Part shown: positions 1-11,955 of the stretch, piece after piece | How the letters are laid out: every line of letters starts with the position of its first letter | How positions within the stretch are numbered: the stretch's first letter is position 1 | Origin: Alphaproteobacteria bacterium | Lineage (GTDB): Bacteria; Pseudomonadota; Alphaproteobacteria; UBA7887 | Length of the DNA: 37,451 bases | Direction: 5' to 3' | NCBI GenBank assembly: GCA_036398035.1 | Contig: DASWHU010000042.1 | Span: 1 to 37,451, forward strand | Translations under genes and position numbers: made by a program | Notes under the pieces: model-generated | Database searches by the model: none | What the model saw: only the letters and a program-made list of their open reading frames with translations | What the model was told of the DNA's origin: nothing

Positions 1-174
1 TTCGAGGTCGCGATGGCGGCGCTCGCAACCCTGCGCACGCCGATCGACGCGTTCTTCGACCGGGTCACGGTCAACACCGAGGACGCGCGCCTGCGCGAGA
101 ACCGGCTGAGGCTCTTGTCGCAGATTCGCGCCTCGCTGGCGAGCGTCGCCGACTTCACCCGCCTCGAGGGCTGA
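1..174 (+). CDS. glyS: glycine--tRNA ligase beta subunit, C-terminal end (5' part outside the window)
   Basis: Frame 1 is open from base 1 to TGA at 172-174. The tail ...[26 protein letters not shown] resembles the GlyS C-terminus. glyS directly upstream of ppdK is a common alphaproteobacterial arrangement. Only 57 aa, recognised from memory. Confidence 0.55.
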   Translation, partial: FEVAMAALATLRTPIDAFFDRVTVNTEDARLRENRLRLLSQIRASLASVADFTRLEG

Positions 175-177
175 CTC

Positions 178-2849
<2,672 letters not shown>

Positions 2850-2850
<1 letters not shown>

Positions 2851-3191
2851 TGTCGGTCCGGCGCGCCGTCCTCGCCGTCATGCTCGCAGCGGCGCTGCAC
2901 GGCGCCCCGGCGGGCGCGGCGAGCCTCGAGGACGAGATGGGGCCGGAGCTGATCGCGCTCGCCGATGAGGTCGTGGCGAAGGTTGTCTACGGCATCGAGT
3001 ACGAGAACCTCAAGCCGCAGCAGTACGCGCGCGTGATCCGCGCCTGGGTCGACCACTACGGCGAGCAGGGGCGGATCACCAAGCGCCAGGGTGCGCTGAT
3101 CCAGACCTACGTCACCAAGATGGCGCTCGCCCACCGCCGCGGCGAGCCTTACGTTCCCTACGCCGAGCGCACGGCTCCGGGTGACGACTGA
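2850..3191 (+). CDS. small secreted hypothetical protein
   Basis: ATG at 2850 overlaps the ppdK stop (ATGA). N-terminus MSVRRAVLAVMLAAALHGAPAGAAS looks like a Sec signal peptide. No family recognised. The 3' end overlaps the convergent tag gene by 34 bp. Confidence 0.5.
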
Positions 3192-3784
3192 CCACGCTCG
3201 CGCCCGGCGAGCTCGGCGTGGCGGAAGCAGCCGACCAGGTGGTCGTTGACCATGCCGATCGACTGCATGAACGCGTACGTAATGGTCGGGCCGACGAACT
3301 TGAAGCCGCGCCGGCGCAGGTCCTTGGAGATGCGCTCCGACAGCGGCGTGCGCGCCGGGATGTCGGCGAGCCGGCGCCGGCGGTTGACCAACGGCGTGCC
3401 GTCGACGAAGTCCCACAGATACGAGTCGAGGCCGCCGCGCTCGGCGCGCACCGCCAGGGTCGCGCGCGCGTTGGCGATCACGGCCTCGATCTTGCTGCGG
3501 TTGCGGATGATGCGCGCGTCGGCCAGCAGCGCCGCCTGCTTGCGCGCGTCGTAAGCCGCGATGCGCCCGGCATCGAACTCGTCGAACGCGGCGCGATAGC
3601 CGTCGCGCTTGCGCAGGATCGTGAGCCAGCTCAGCCCGGCCTGCTGGCCTTCGAGCACCAGCATCTCGAACAGCCGCCGCTCGTCGTGCAGGGGTGCGCC
3701 CCATTCGCGGTCGTGATAGGCGAGATAGTCGGGCGCGCCGTCACCCCAGCCGCAGCGGCCGCGCCCGTCGCCGGCGTCGCCCAT
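3158..3784 (-). CDS. tag: DNA-3-methyladenine glycosylase I
   Basis: RCGW...YHDREWGAP near the N-terminus, then LVLEGQQAGLSW and VGPTITYAFMQSIGMVNDH, typical of Tag. Its start overlaps the ygfZ stop by 1 nt (TGATG on the minus strand). Confidence 0.9.
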   Translation of the reverse strand: MGDAGDGRGRCGWGDGAPDYLAYHDREWGAPLHDERRLFEMLVLEGQQAGLSWLTILRKRDGYRAAFDEFDAGRIAAYDARKQAALLADARIIRNRSKIEAVIANARATLAVRAERGGLDSYLWDFVDGTPLVNRRRRLADIPARTPLSERISKDLRRRGFKFVGPTITYAFMQSIGMVNDHLVGCFRHAELAGRERGQSSPGAVRSA

Positions 3785-4653
3785 CAGGCGTCGGCCCAGC
3801 CGGGCCTGAGCGGGGTGAGGCGGGCATCGCCCGCGACCAGCGACTGGCTGGTTTCGGCGGCCTTGTCGACGACCTCGAGGCGCAGCAGCGCGATGCCCTT
3901 GCCGTCGATCGACGAGCGCATGGTGCCGGCGTCGCCGCCGGCGAACAGGATCGGCGTTCCCGGCGCCGGCGGCGGGCCGTCGATGGCGACCGGCATCAGG
4001 CGCTTGCGCACCGTGCCGCGGTGCTTCTGGCGGGCGGTGTTCTCCTGGCCGACGTAGCAGCCCTTGGCGAAATCGACGCCGTGCAGCTCCTCGAAGTTGC
4101 TTTCCAGCAGGAACGACTTGTCGACCACCATGTCGCGGCTACCGTCGGGCACGCCGAGCGCGATCCTGAGCGATTCGTAGGCGTGTGCGCCGGCCGGCGC
4201 GTAGCCCGCGGCCTCGAGGCGCACGCCGGCGGTCGCGCGCGGCAGCACCGCGCGCCAGCCGAGAGCGGCGAGGCGAGGGTCCGGGAAGGCGGCGCCGTCC
4301 AGGTGCGCGAGCTCGGGCGTGCCGCGGTCCATCAAGGCGGCCACCAGGTAGCTCTCGGTGACGTCGGCGATGTCGATCCTGGCGCGCAGGCGGTAGATCG
4401 TGAGCCGGCGGATCAGGTCGCCGATGCGCGCGCGCTCGCAGTCGAGCGCGATGCCGTCGCCGAGCTCGAATACCAGGAAGTCGTGCAGATACTTGCCCTG
4501 CGGGCTCAGCAGGCCGGCGTAGACGGCGCGGCCGCGCGCCACCGCGGACACGTCGTTCGTGACCAGGCCCTGGAGGAAGCCGCGGGCGTCGTCCACCCCC
4601 GCCAGGCGCACCACGCCGCGCGTTTCCAGGATCGCATAGCTTCGCTCGCTCAT
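3784..4653 (-). CDS. ygfZ: folate-binding YgfZ-family protein (aminomethyltransferase-like)
   Basis: 289 aa with the signature KGCYVGQE motif and a GcvT-like N-terminal region (LLSPQGKYLHDF). Confidence 0.85.
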   Translation of the reverse strand: MSERSYAILETRGVVRLAGVDDARGFLQGLVTNDVSAVARGRAVYAGLLSPQGKYLHDFLVFELGDGIALDCERARIGDLIRRLTIYRLRARIDIADVTESYLVAALMDRGTPELAHLDGAAFPDPRLAALGWRAVLPRATAGVRLEAAGYAPAGAHAYESLRIALGVPDGSRDMVVDKSFLLESNFEELHGVDFAKGCYVGQENTARQKHRGTVRKRLMPVAIDGPPPAPGTPILFAGGDAGTMRSSIDGKGIALLRLEVVDKAAETSQSLVAGDARLTPLRPGWADA

Positions 4654-4714
4654 GCCCGCTGCCGCCGTCCGCGCGCCGCGCTCCGCCGTGACCTCGGCCG
4701 GCCGGCCGCCCGGT

Positions 4715-4736
4715 CTAGATAGGCCCTAGATAGGCC
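4715..4736. repeat. perfect tandem 11-bp direct repeat (ctagataggcc x2) in the divergent ygfZ/GT1 intergenic region
   Basis: Read directly: ctagataggcc at 4715-4725 and again at 4726-4736. Confidence 0.9.
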
Positions 4737-4805
4737 GCAGAGCCGGCGCGCGCAAGCGCGTGGCGGTTGCTGGCAATCGCCCAGGCGCAGTCGTATAACG
4801 CCGCC

Positions 4806-5837
4806 ATGCTGGTCACGTTCATCGACGACTCGCTTCCCTATGACGGCCATACCCCTACCAGCCAACCGCTCGGCGGCGCCGAGAAGTCGGTGGTCGGGCT
4901 CGCCACCTCGCTCGCCGGGCGCGGCCACGTGGTGCGGGTATTCAATGGCTGCACATTCCCGATCGTCGCCCACGGCGTCAGCTGGCAGCCGCTCCAGGAG
5001 TGCCGGACGTCGCGGACCGACTGGCTGGTCGTCCATCGCAAGCCCGCGCTGCTCGCCCGCATTGCAGACGCGGACCGGCGCGCGCTGCTGTTGTCGACGC
5101 CCGCCGGCTACCTGCTCAACCGCGACGAGCTCGGCGCGGTCAACCGCTCGAAGCCGGTGCTGGTGGTGCAGGGCATCGCCCATGCCTTCACCATCCCGGT
5201 GCCGTTGCAGAGCTACAGCTCGGTGACCTTGCAGCTCGGCGTCGGCGCCTCGTACCTGACCAGCGCGCCGATGGCGCCGAACGCGCCGCCGCACGCCGTC
5301 GCCACCACCCATCCGGCGCGCGGCCTCGACTGGCTGCTCACGCTGTGGTGCGAGAAGATCCAGCCGCAGGTGCCGGCGGCCGAGCTGCACCTCTACTCGG
5401 CGGTGCTCGACAAGGGTGCGCTCGGCGCGGCGGTGCCCGACAAGGTCGCACCGGTGCTCGCCCAGGCGCAGGCCGCGGCGGCGCAAGGCGTGCGCATCCT
5501 GCGGCCGGCGGCGGACCCGGAGATGGCCGATGCCTATCGCAAGGCGCGCGTCCACCTCTATCCGGGCAGCGCGCGCGACGTGCTGTGCAGCACGCTCGCC
5601 GAGTCGCAGGCGGTCGGGCTGCCGGCGGTGGCGCGGCCGCTGGGCGCGGCCGACGAGCGCCTCCGCAATGGCGTCACCGGCTACCTGGCGCCCGACGATG
5701 ATGCGTTCGCCAACCTTGCGGTGCGCATGCTCGATGACCGCGAGACCTTCGACCGGCTGAGCGCGCAGGCGCGGATGGCCACGCGCGGGCCGGACTGGGC
5801 GCGCGCCGCCGAGGAGCTGGAGCACGCGCTCAAGTGA
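4806..5837 (+). CDS. glycosyltransferase family 1 (GT4-like)
   Basis: GGAEKSVVGLATSLAGRGHVV near the N-terminus and a C-terminal E-x7-E-like region (STLAESQAVGLPAV...NGVTGYL). ATG at 4806 is preferred over the upstream alternative start at 4767. Confidence 0.8.
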   Translation: MLVTFIDDSLPYDGHTPTSQPLGGAEKSVVGLATSLAGRGHVVRVFNGCTFPIVAHGVSWQPLQECRTSRTDWLVVHRKPALLARIADADRRALLLSTPAGYLLNRDELGAVNRSKPVLVVQGIAHAFTIPVPLQSYSSVTLQLGVGASYLTSAPMAPNAPPHAVATTHPARGLDWLLTLWCEKIQPQVPAAELHLYSAVLDKGALGAAVPDKVAPVLAQAQAAAAQGVRILRPAADPEMADAYRKARVHLYPGSARDVLCSTLAESQAVGLPAVARPLGAADERLRNGVTGYLAPDDDAFANLAVRMLDDRETFDRLSAQARMATRGPDWARAAEELEHALK

Positions 5838-6796
5838 AGCTGTTGTTCATCACCGCCACCCGCATCGGCGACGCGGTGCTGTCGTCGGGCGTGCTCGACG
5901 CGCTGATCGCGCGCCATCCGGGCGCGCGCGTGACGGTGGCTTGCGGCCCGGCGCCGGCGCCGTTGTTCGCCGCGCTGCCCGGGCTCGATCGCCTGCTGGT
6001 GCTGGAGAAGCGGCCGCTCGCGGCGCACTGGCTTGCGCTGTGGCTGGCCGTTGCGCCGACGCATTGGGATTTGCTGGTCGACCTGCGCGACTCGGCGGTC
6101 TCGCGGCTGGTGCGTGCGCGCGCGCGCCGGATCCTTCGGGCGCGCGCGAACGGCGTCCACCAGGTCGAGCGGCTGGCGGATGCGGTCGGCCTCGAGACGC
6201 CGCCGGCGCCGCGGCTGTGGCTCGCGCCCGGGCACCGGCGCGCCGCGGCAGAGCTGCTCGGCGCCGGCGCGCCCGTGCTCGCTCTCGGGCCGACCGCCAA
6301 CTGGCGCGGCAAGCTGTGGCCGGCGGAGCGGTTCGTCGAGCTCGGCCGCCGGCTGACCGCGGCCGGCGGCCTCATTCCCGGCGCGCGCATCGCGGTGCTC
6401 GGCGCGCCGGCAGAGTGCGTGCTCGCCCAGCCGGTGGTCGACGGCCTGGCGCGCGAGCGCGTCATCGACCTGGTCGGCCGCGTCGACCTGCCGACCGCGG
6501 GCGCCGTGCTCGAGCGCTGCGATCTTTTCATCGGCAACGATTCCGGCCTGATGCACATCGCCGCCGCGGCGGGGATTGCGACGCTCGGCCTGTTCGGGCC
6601 GAGCCGCGACGAGCACTACGCGCCGTGGGGAGCGGCGTGCGCGGCGGTGCGCACGCCCGAGAGCTTCGACGAGCTGATAGGCACGCCCGGCTACGACCAC
6701 CGCACCACCGAAAGCCTGATGGGCTCGCTCGGCGTCGAGGCGGTGGAGGCTGCCGCGGGGCGGCTGTGGCAGCGCCGGCGCGCGGCGGCGTCGTGA
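5834..6796 (+). CDS. glycosyltransferase family 9 (heptosyltransferase-like, LPS core)
   Basis: MKLLFITATRIGDAVL start, WPAERFVELGRRL, and DLFIGNDSGLMHIAAAAG, typical of GT9. The GTG start overlaps the upstream stop (GTGA). Confidence 0.85.
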   Translation: MKLLFITATRIGDAVLSSGVLDALIARHPGARVTVACGPAPAPLFAALPGLDRLLVLEKRPLAAHWLALWLAVAPTHWDLLVDLRDSAVSRLVRARARRILRARANGVHQVERLADAVGLETPPAPRLWLAPGHRRAAAELLGAGAPVLALGPTANWRGKLWPAERFVELGRRLTAAGGLIPGARIAVLGAPAECVLAQPVVDGLARERVIDLVGRVDLPTAGAVLERCDLFIGNDSGLMHIAAAAGIATLGLFGPSRDEHYAPWGAACAAVRTPESFDELIGTPGYDHRTTESLMGSLGVEAVEAAAGRLWQRRRAAAS

Positions 6797-7569
6797 GCGC
6801 CGCACCGGCCCCGCGTTTGTCGGCGGTGGTCACCGCGCGCAACGAGGCGGACCAGCTCGCCGACTGCCTCGCCTGTCTGGCGCCGGCCGACGAGCTGGTG
6901 GTGGTGCTCGACCGCTGCACCGATGCCTCGCCCGAGATCGCCCGCGGGTTCACCGACCGGATCGTCGAAGGCGCGTGGGAGATCGAGGGCGATCGGCGCA
7001 ACGCCGGCATCGACGCCGCGCGCGGCGACTGGCTGCTCGAGGTCGATGCCGACGAGCGCGTGCCGGCGGCCCTGTTCGACGAGATCCGGGACGTGATCGC
7101 GACCGCGGCTCCGGGCTACTTCCTGGTCCCGTTCGACAACTATATCGGCGACCGCCTGGTCAAGTACGGCTGGGGCGCATCGTGGGGAGTGGGTGCGGCG
7201 CCCCGCCTGTTCTCGCGCGGCGCCAAGCGCTGGGGCGCGCAGCGTGTGCATCCCCGACTCGAGCTTCAGGGGCCGAAGCGGCGGCTCCGAACCCCGATCG
7301 CCCATCACGTCGACCGCAACCTCAACGACATGCTCGACCGCCTGAAGCGCTACACCGACGCCCGCGCCGCTGATTTGCGCGCATCCGGCGCGCCGCTGCC
7401 GCCGCTGCGCTCGGTCGCCCGGCGCAGCCTCGGGCGGTTCGTCAAGTGCTACGTCCAGCGCAAAGGCTATCGCGAGGGCGGCTGGGGGGTTGCGATCGCG
7501 GTGATGGCGGCGTTGTATCCGCTGCTCTCGCACCTCAAGGCGACGCTCGAAGGCGACCGGGACCGATAG
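6793..7569 (+). CDS. glycosyltransferase family 2 (LPS-core WaaE/KdtX-like)
   Basis: LSAVVTARNEADQLADCL and EVDADERV (DxD-like) are GT2 hallmarks. The GTG at 6793 overlaps the GT9 stop. The longer ORF-track entry starting at 5941 is an artefactual N-terminal extension. Confidence 0.8.
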   Translation: MSAAPAPRLSAVVTARNEADQLADCLACLAPADELVVVLDRCTDASPEIARGFTDRIVEGAWEIEGDRRNAGIDAARGDWLLEVDADERVPAALFDEIRDVIATAAPGYFLVPFDNYIGDRLVKYGWGASWGVGAAPRLFSRGAKRWGAQRVHPRLELQGPKRRLRTPIAHHVDRNLNDMLDRLKRYTDARAADLRASGAPLPPLRSVARRSLGRFVKCYVQRKGYREGGWGVAIAVMAALYPLLSHLKATLEGDRDR

Positions 7570-7574
7570 CGACC

Positions 7575-8627
7575 ATGCGTCTGTTGCAGGCCATCGCCGG
7601 CGCGCGCCACGGCGGCGCGGAGATCTTCTTCGCCCGGCTGGTCGCCGGCCTCGCCCGCGCCGGTGTGACTCAGCGCGTGCTCAGCCGCGCCGACGAGGCG
7701 CGCTCGGCGGCATTTCGCGCGCTTGGCATCGATCCGGTTCACCTCGCCTTCGGCGGCCTGCTCGACCGTGCCACCGGTCCCCGGTTCAGGCGCGAGATCG
7801 AGGACTTCCGGCCCGACGTGGTGCTGACCTGGATGAACCGTGCGACCTCGTTCTGCCCGCGCGTGACGCCCGCGATGCGGTTCGTCCATGTCGGCACCCC
7901 GCGCGGTTACTACAATGCCAAGCATTATCGCCGCTGCGACCGGCTGATCTGTGCCACCGAGGACATCGCCGGCTTCTACCTCGCGCGCGGCTGGGCGGCG
8001 GAGAAGGTGTGCTACATCCCCAACTTCGTGTGCCCGCAGGCGACGGCGCCGGTCGCGCGCGAGGAGCTGGAGACGCCCCGGGGCGTGCCGCTGGTCCTCG
8101 CCCTCGGCCGGCTGCACCAGAACAAGGCCTTCGACGTGCTGCTCGAGGCGATGACCCGTCTGCCGCGCCACTGGCTTTGGCTCGCCGGCGCGGGACCGCT
8201 GGAAAGGTCGCTGAAGCGCCAGGCGGAGCGGCTCGGCATCGCCGATCGGGCGAGGTTCCTCGGCTGGCGCACCGATGCCCCGGCGCTGCTCGCCGCGGCC
8301 GACGTGCTCGCCTGCCCGTCGCGCCACGAGCCGTTCGGCAACATCATCATCGAGGCCTGGGCCCAGGGCGTGCCGGTGGTGGCGGCGGCGAGCGAAGGTC
8401 CGGGGCGGATCGTGACCTCGGGCGTCGACGGCGTGCTGGTGCCGGTGGAGGACGCGCATGCATTCGCCCGCGGCATCGAGTCGGTCACCGGCGACGCGGA
8501 CCTCGCCGGCCGGCTGGTCGCGGCCGGGCGCGCCGCGCACGCCGCGGCGTACAGCGAGCCGGTCGTGGTCGGCAAGTACGTTGCGTATCTCGCCAACCTC
8601 GCCGAGGCGCGGACATGTGCGGCGTAG
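7575..8627 (+). CDS. glycosyltransferase family 1
   Basis: Starts MRLLQAIAGARHGGAEIFF. C-terminal PSRHEPFGNIIIEAWAQGVPVVA...VDGVLVP is typical of GT1. ATG at 7575. Confidence 0.85.
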   Translation: MRLLQAIAGARHGGAEIFFARLVAGLARAGVTQRVLSRADEARSAAFRALGIDPVHLAFGGLLDRATGPRFRREIEDFRPDVVLTWMNRATSFCPRVTPAMRFVHVGTPRGYYNAKHYRRCDRLICATEDIAGFYLARGWAAEKVCYIPNFVCPQATAPVAREELETPRGVPLVLALGRLHQNKAFDVLLEAMTRLPRHWLWLAGAGPLERSLKRQAERLGIADRARFLGWRTDAPALLAAADVLACPSRHEPFGNIIIEAWAQGVPVVAAASEGPGRIVTSGVDGVLVPVEDAHAFARGIESVTGDADLAGRLVAAGRAAHAAAYSEPVVVGKYVAYLANLAEARTCAA

Positions 8628-10399
8628 GGGGCGTGTTCACACGCGCCGTCGAGGGCCCGTCGGAGGCGGTCCTCGATGCGCTCGCCGAAGCGCTTGCCCA
8701 TCGCGGGCCCGACGGCCGCGGCCGCTATCGCGCGCGCGGCCTCGGCCTGGTGCACACGCGGCTTGCGGTCATCGACCTTCAGACCGGCGACCAACCGATC
8801 ATCGAGGCGGGCGCGCGCGCCGGCGGCGCGGCGATCATCGCCAATGCCGAGATCTACAACTATCTGGAGCTGCGCGAGCAACTGGACGGCATCGCGTTCG
8901 CGACCGCCTCGGACTGCGAGCCGCCGCTGCACCTGTACCGACGCCACGGCCTCGACTTCACCCACGCCTTGCGCGGCATGTACGCGCTCGCCATCCACGA
9001 CCCCGCCGCCAACGCGCTGGTGCTGGCGCGCGATCCGTTCGGCATCAAGCCGCTCTATTATGTCGAGCGTGCGGGCTATTTCGCCTTCGCCTCCGAGCCG
9101 CGGGCGCTGCTCGCCGCCGGGCTCGCCGAGCGCGCCGTCGATGCAGGGGCGCGCGACGAGACCTTGCAGCTCCAGTTCTCGACCGGGCGCGACACGGCCT
9201 TCCGCGACATCAAGCGGGTGCTGCCGGGCGAGACGATCGTGGTCAGCGACGGCCGGATCATCGACCGCCGCCGGCTGGCGGCGCTGCCCGAGGGCGGGCC
9301 GGTGGCGATCGAGGAGGGGGCGGCGCTCGCCGGTCTCGACGCCATGCTCGAGGAGACCGTCCGCCACCACCAGCGCGCGGACGTGCCCTTCGGCCTGTTC
9401 TTCTCGGGCGGCATCGACTCGACCGTGGTGCTGGCGGTGATGGCGCGGCTCAACGACCGGCCGGTGCGCGCCTACACGGCGGCCTTTCCGGGCACCGGCG
9501 TCGCCGACGAGCGCGACCAGGCGCGCAGCCTCGCGCGCGCTCTCGGCGCCGAGCATGTCGAGGTCGAGGTCACCGAGGACGCGTTCTGGCGAAGCCTGCC
9601 CGCAATCGCGGCCGCGGTCGACGATGCCTGCGCCGACTACGCGGTGGTGCCGAGCTTCGAGCTTGCCCGCGTCGCCGCGCGCGACCTCAAGGTGGTGCTG
9701 TGCGGCGAGGGCGGCGACGAGATTCTCGCCGGCTATGGCCGTTACCGCAGCGTGCTTCGCCCGCGCCTCCTGGGCGGGCGCGGCATGCGCATGCGCGGCA
9801 TGCTCGACGGGCTCGACCTGTTGCGAGGCCCGCCCGCGGCCTGGCGCGACGGCATCGTCGCCGCCGAGGCGACCGCGGCGCTGCCGGGACGCAGCCGGCT
9901 GCAGGTTGCCCAGGCCAGCGATTGCGCCGACTGGCTGCCCAACGACCTGCTGGTCAAGCTCGACCGCTGCCTGATGGCGCACGGGCTCGAAGGCCGCACG
10001 CCGTTCCTCGACCGGCCGTTCGCCGAGTTCGCGTTCCGGCTGCCGGACCGGCTGAAGATCAGGCACGGCCGCGGCAAGTGGCTGCTCCGGCGCTGGCTCG
10101 AATCCCACCTGCCGGCGGCGCACCCGTTCGCGCGCAAGCGCGGCTTCACCGTGCCGGTGGCCGAGTGGATCGCGCGCCAGGGCGACCGGCTCGGCCCGCT
10201 GGTCGCCGCCCAGCCGGGCATCGCCGAGCTGTGCCGGCCCGACGCGGTGCAGGCGCTGTTCCGCCGCCCCGGCAAGCGCCCGGGCTTCGCCGCCTGGACG
10301 CTGCTGTTCCACGCCTTGTGGCACGGCATCCACATCCAAGGCCTTGAAACGGAAGGCGATGTGTTCGAGGTGCTGGCCGCTTCCGCACGCGGCGACTAA
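8615..10399 (+). CDS. asparagine synthase (glutamine-hydrolysing)-like amidotransferase
   Basis: Starts MCG (Cys2 nucleophile). Ntn domain LVHTRLAVIDL...GDQP. PP-loop FFSGGIDSTVV. Overlaps the upstream GT1 by 13 bp. Confidence 0.9.
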   Translation: MCGVGGVFTRAVEGPSEAVLDALAEALAHRGPDGRGRYRARGLGLVHTRLAVIDLQTGDQPIIEAGARAGGAAIIANAEIYNYLELREQLDGIAFATASDCEPPLHLYRRHGLDFTHALRGMYALAIHDPAANALVLARDPFGIKPLYYVERAGYFAFASEPRALLAAGLAERAVDAGARDETLQLQFSTGRDTAFRDIKRVLPGETIVVSDGRIIDRRRLAALPEGGPVAIEEGAALAGLDAMLEETVRHHQRADVPFGLFFSGGIDSTVVLAVMARLNDRPVRAYTAAFPGTGVADERDQARSLARALGAEHVEVEVTEDAFWRSLPAIAAAVDDACADYAVVPSFELARVAARDLKVVLCGEGGDEILAGYGRYRSVLRPRLLGGRGMRMRGMLDGLDLLRGPPAAWRDGIVAAEATAALPGRSRLQVAQASDCADWLPNDLLVKLDRCLMAHGLEGRTPFLDRPFAEFAFRLPDRLKIRHGRGKWLLRRWLESHLPAAHPFARKRGFTVPVAEWIARQGDRLGPLVAAQPGIAELCRPDAVQALFRRPGKRPGFAAWTLLFHALWHGIHIQGLETEGDVFEVLAASARGD

Positions 10400-10501
10400 G
10401 CGTTTCGATCGCCGGGGCGACAGCGGCGGCGAAAGGGTTTATGCTCGCCGGACCGGCCGGGAGGGTATTGGCGCCCGCCGGCCGGCCGCGGCGGGGAAAG
10501 C

Positions 10502-11947
10502 ATGGTCGGTAGCAAGACGCAGGCGACGACGAAGCGCGGTTCGCGCCTGGTCGTGGTCTCCAACCGCGTCACCCCGGTGACCGCGCGCAAGGCGTTGGCC
10601 GGCGGCCTCGCCGCGGGCGTGCTCGCCGCGCTGCGCGACAGCGGCGGCATCTGGTTCGGCTGGAGCGGCGCGGTCAGCGAGCGGCCCGCCTCGGAGCCGG
10701 CCGCCCACAGCCACGACAAGATCACCTACCTGACCACCGACCTGTCGCCGCGCGAGTTCGAGGAGTACTACAACGGCTTCTCCAACCGCACCTTGTGGCC
10801 GCTGTTCCACTACCGGCTGGACCTGAGCGTCTTCGACCGCGTCCAGTACGAGACCTATCTGAGGGTCAACCGCCATCTCGCTAGCCGCCTGCTGCCCTAT
10901 CTCGAGTCCGACGACCTGATCTGGGTGCACGACTACCACCTGATCCCGTTCGCCGAGGAGCTGCGCAAGATGGGGGTGGGCGCGCCGATCGGGTTCTTCC
11001 TGCACACGCCGCTGCCGCCGGCCGACCTGCTGGTCGCGCTGCCGCGCCACGACAAGCTGCTGCGCTCGCTGTTCGCCTACGACCTGGTCGGCTTCCAGAC
11101 CGACAACGACGTGCGCAACTTCCGCGACTACATCCAGCGCGAGGCCAACGGACGGCTCGGCGAGGACGGCCTGTGCACGGCCTTCGGCCGCACCATCCGC
11201 GTCGGCGCGTTCCCGATCGGCATCGACGCCGAGGATTTCGCGGCCCTCGCCGACACGCCCGAGGCGGTGCGCCAGCGCCGCATCCTCGAGAAAAGCGTCG
11301 TCGCCCGCGACGTCATCATCGGCGTCGACCGCACCGACTACTCCAAGGGCCTGCCGAGCCGGCTGAAGGCGTTCGAGCTCCTGCTCGAGAACTATCCGGT
11401 CAATCGCGGGCGCGTCCATCTGCTCCAGATCACGCCGCCGTCGCGCGAGCACGTGCCCGAGTACGGCGAGATCCTGGCCGAGATCGAGGGCCTGTCGGGT
11501 CACATCAACGGCCGCTTCGCGGAGTTCGACTGGGTGCCGATCCGCTTCATCCACAAGGCGTACAACCGGCGCATCCTGTCCGGCTTCTTCCGCGCCTCGC
11601 GGGTCGGGCTGGTGACGCCGTTGCGCGACGGCATGAACATGGTCGCCAAGGAGTACGTCGCCGCCCAGGACCCGGACGACCCGGGCGTGCTGGTGCTGTC
11701 GCGTTTCGCCGGCGCCGCGCGCCAGATGGACCGCGCCCTGATCGTCAATCCCTATGACCTCAGTCAGGTCGCGGATGCGATCCAGGAAGCGCTCGAGATG
11801 CCGCTCGACGAGCGCCGGTCGCGGTGGCGGGCGATGATGGACGACCTCAAGCGCAACGACATCGAGCGCTGGCGCGCGAGCTTCGTCGAGGCGCTGCAGT
11901 CGGCATCGGCCGAGCTCGACCGGCCCGAGGAGACGGCGGCCGAGTAG
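10502..11947 (+). CDS. otsA: alpha,alpha-trehalose-phosphate synthase (GT20)
   Basis: LVVVSNRV, IWVHDYHL, GFFLHTPLPP and LVTPLRDGMNMVAKEY are OtsA/GT20 signatures. Confidence 0.92.
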   Translation: MVGSKTQATTKRGSRLVVVSNRVTPVTARKALAGGLAAGVLAALRDSGGIWFGWSGAVSERPASEPAAHSHDKITYLTTDLSPREFEEYYNGFSNRTLWPLFHYRLDLSVFDRVQYETYLRVNRHLASRLLPYLESDDLIWVHDYHLIPFAEELRKMGVGAPIGFFLHTPLPPADLLVALPRHDKLLRSLFAYDLVGFQTDNDVRNFRDYIQREANGRLGEDGLCTAFGRTIRVGAFPIGIDAEDFAALADTPEAVRQRRILEKSVVARDVIIGVDRTDYSKGLPSRLKAFELLLENYPVNRGRVHLLQITPPSREHVPEYGEILAEIEGLSGHINGRFAEFDWVPIRFIHKAYNRRILSGFFRASRVGLVTPLRDGMNMVAKEYVAAQDPDDPGVLVLSRFAGAARQMDRALIVNPYDLSQVADAIQEALEMPLDERRSRWRAMMDDLKRNDIERWRASFVEALQSASAELDRPEETAAE

Positions 11948-11955
11948 CTCATCGC

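Noticed and set aside
5941-6792. N-terminal 284 aa of the 542-aa ORF 5941-7569
   Set aside because: This part is out-of-frame overlap with the GT9 gene and is Arg/Ala-rich. The GT2 domain begins right at GTG 6793, which overlaps the GT9 stop.
8012-10339. 775-aa antisense ORF across GT1/AsnB, with similar ones at 10439-12589, 18069-19643 and 33085-34842
   Set aside because: Same reasoning. Each overlaps a gene with clear family signatures, and each has a shadow-ORF composition.
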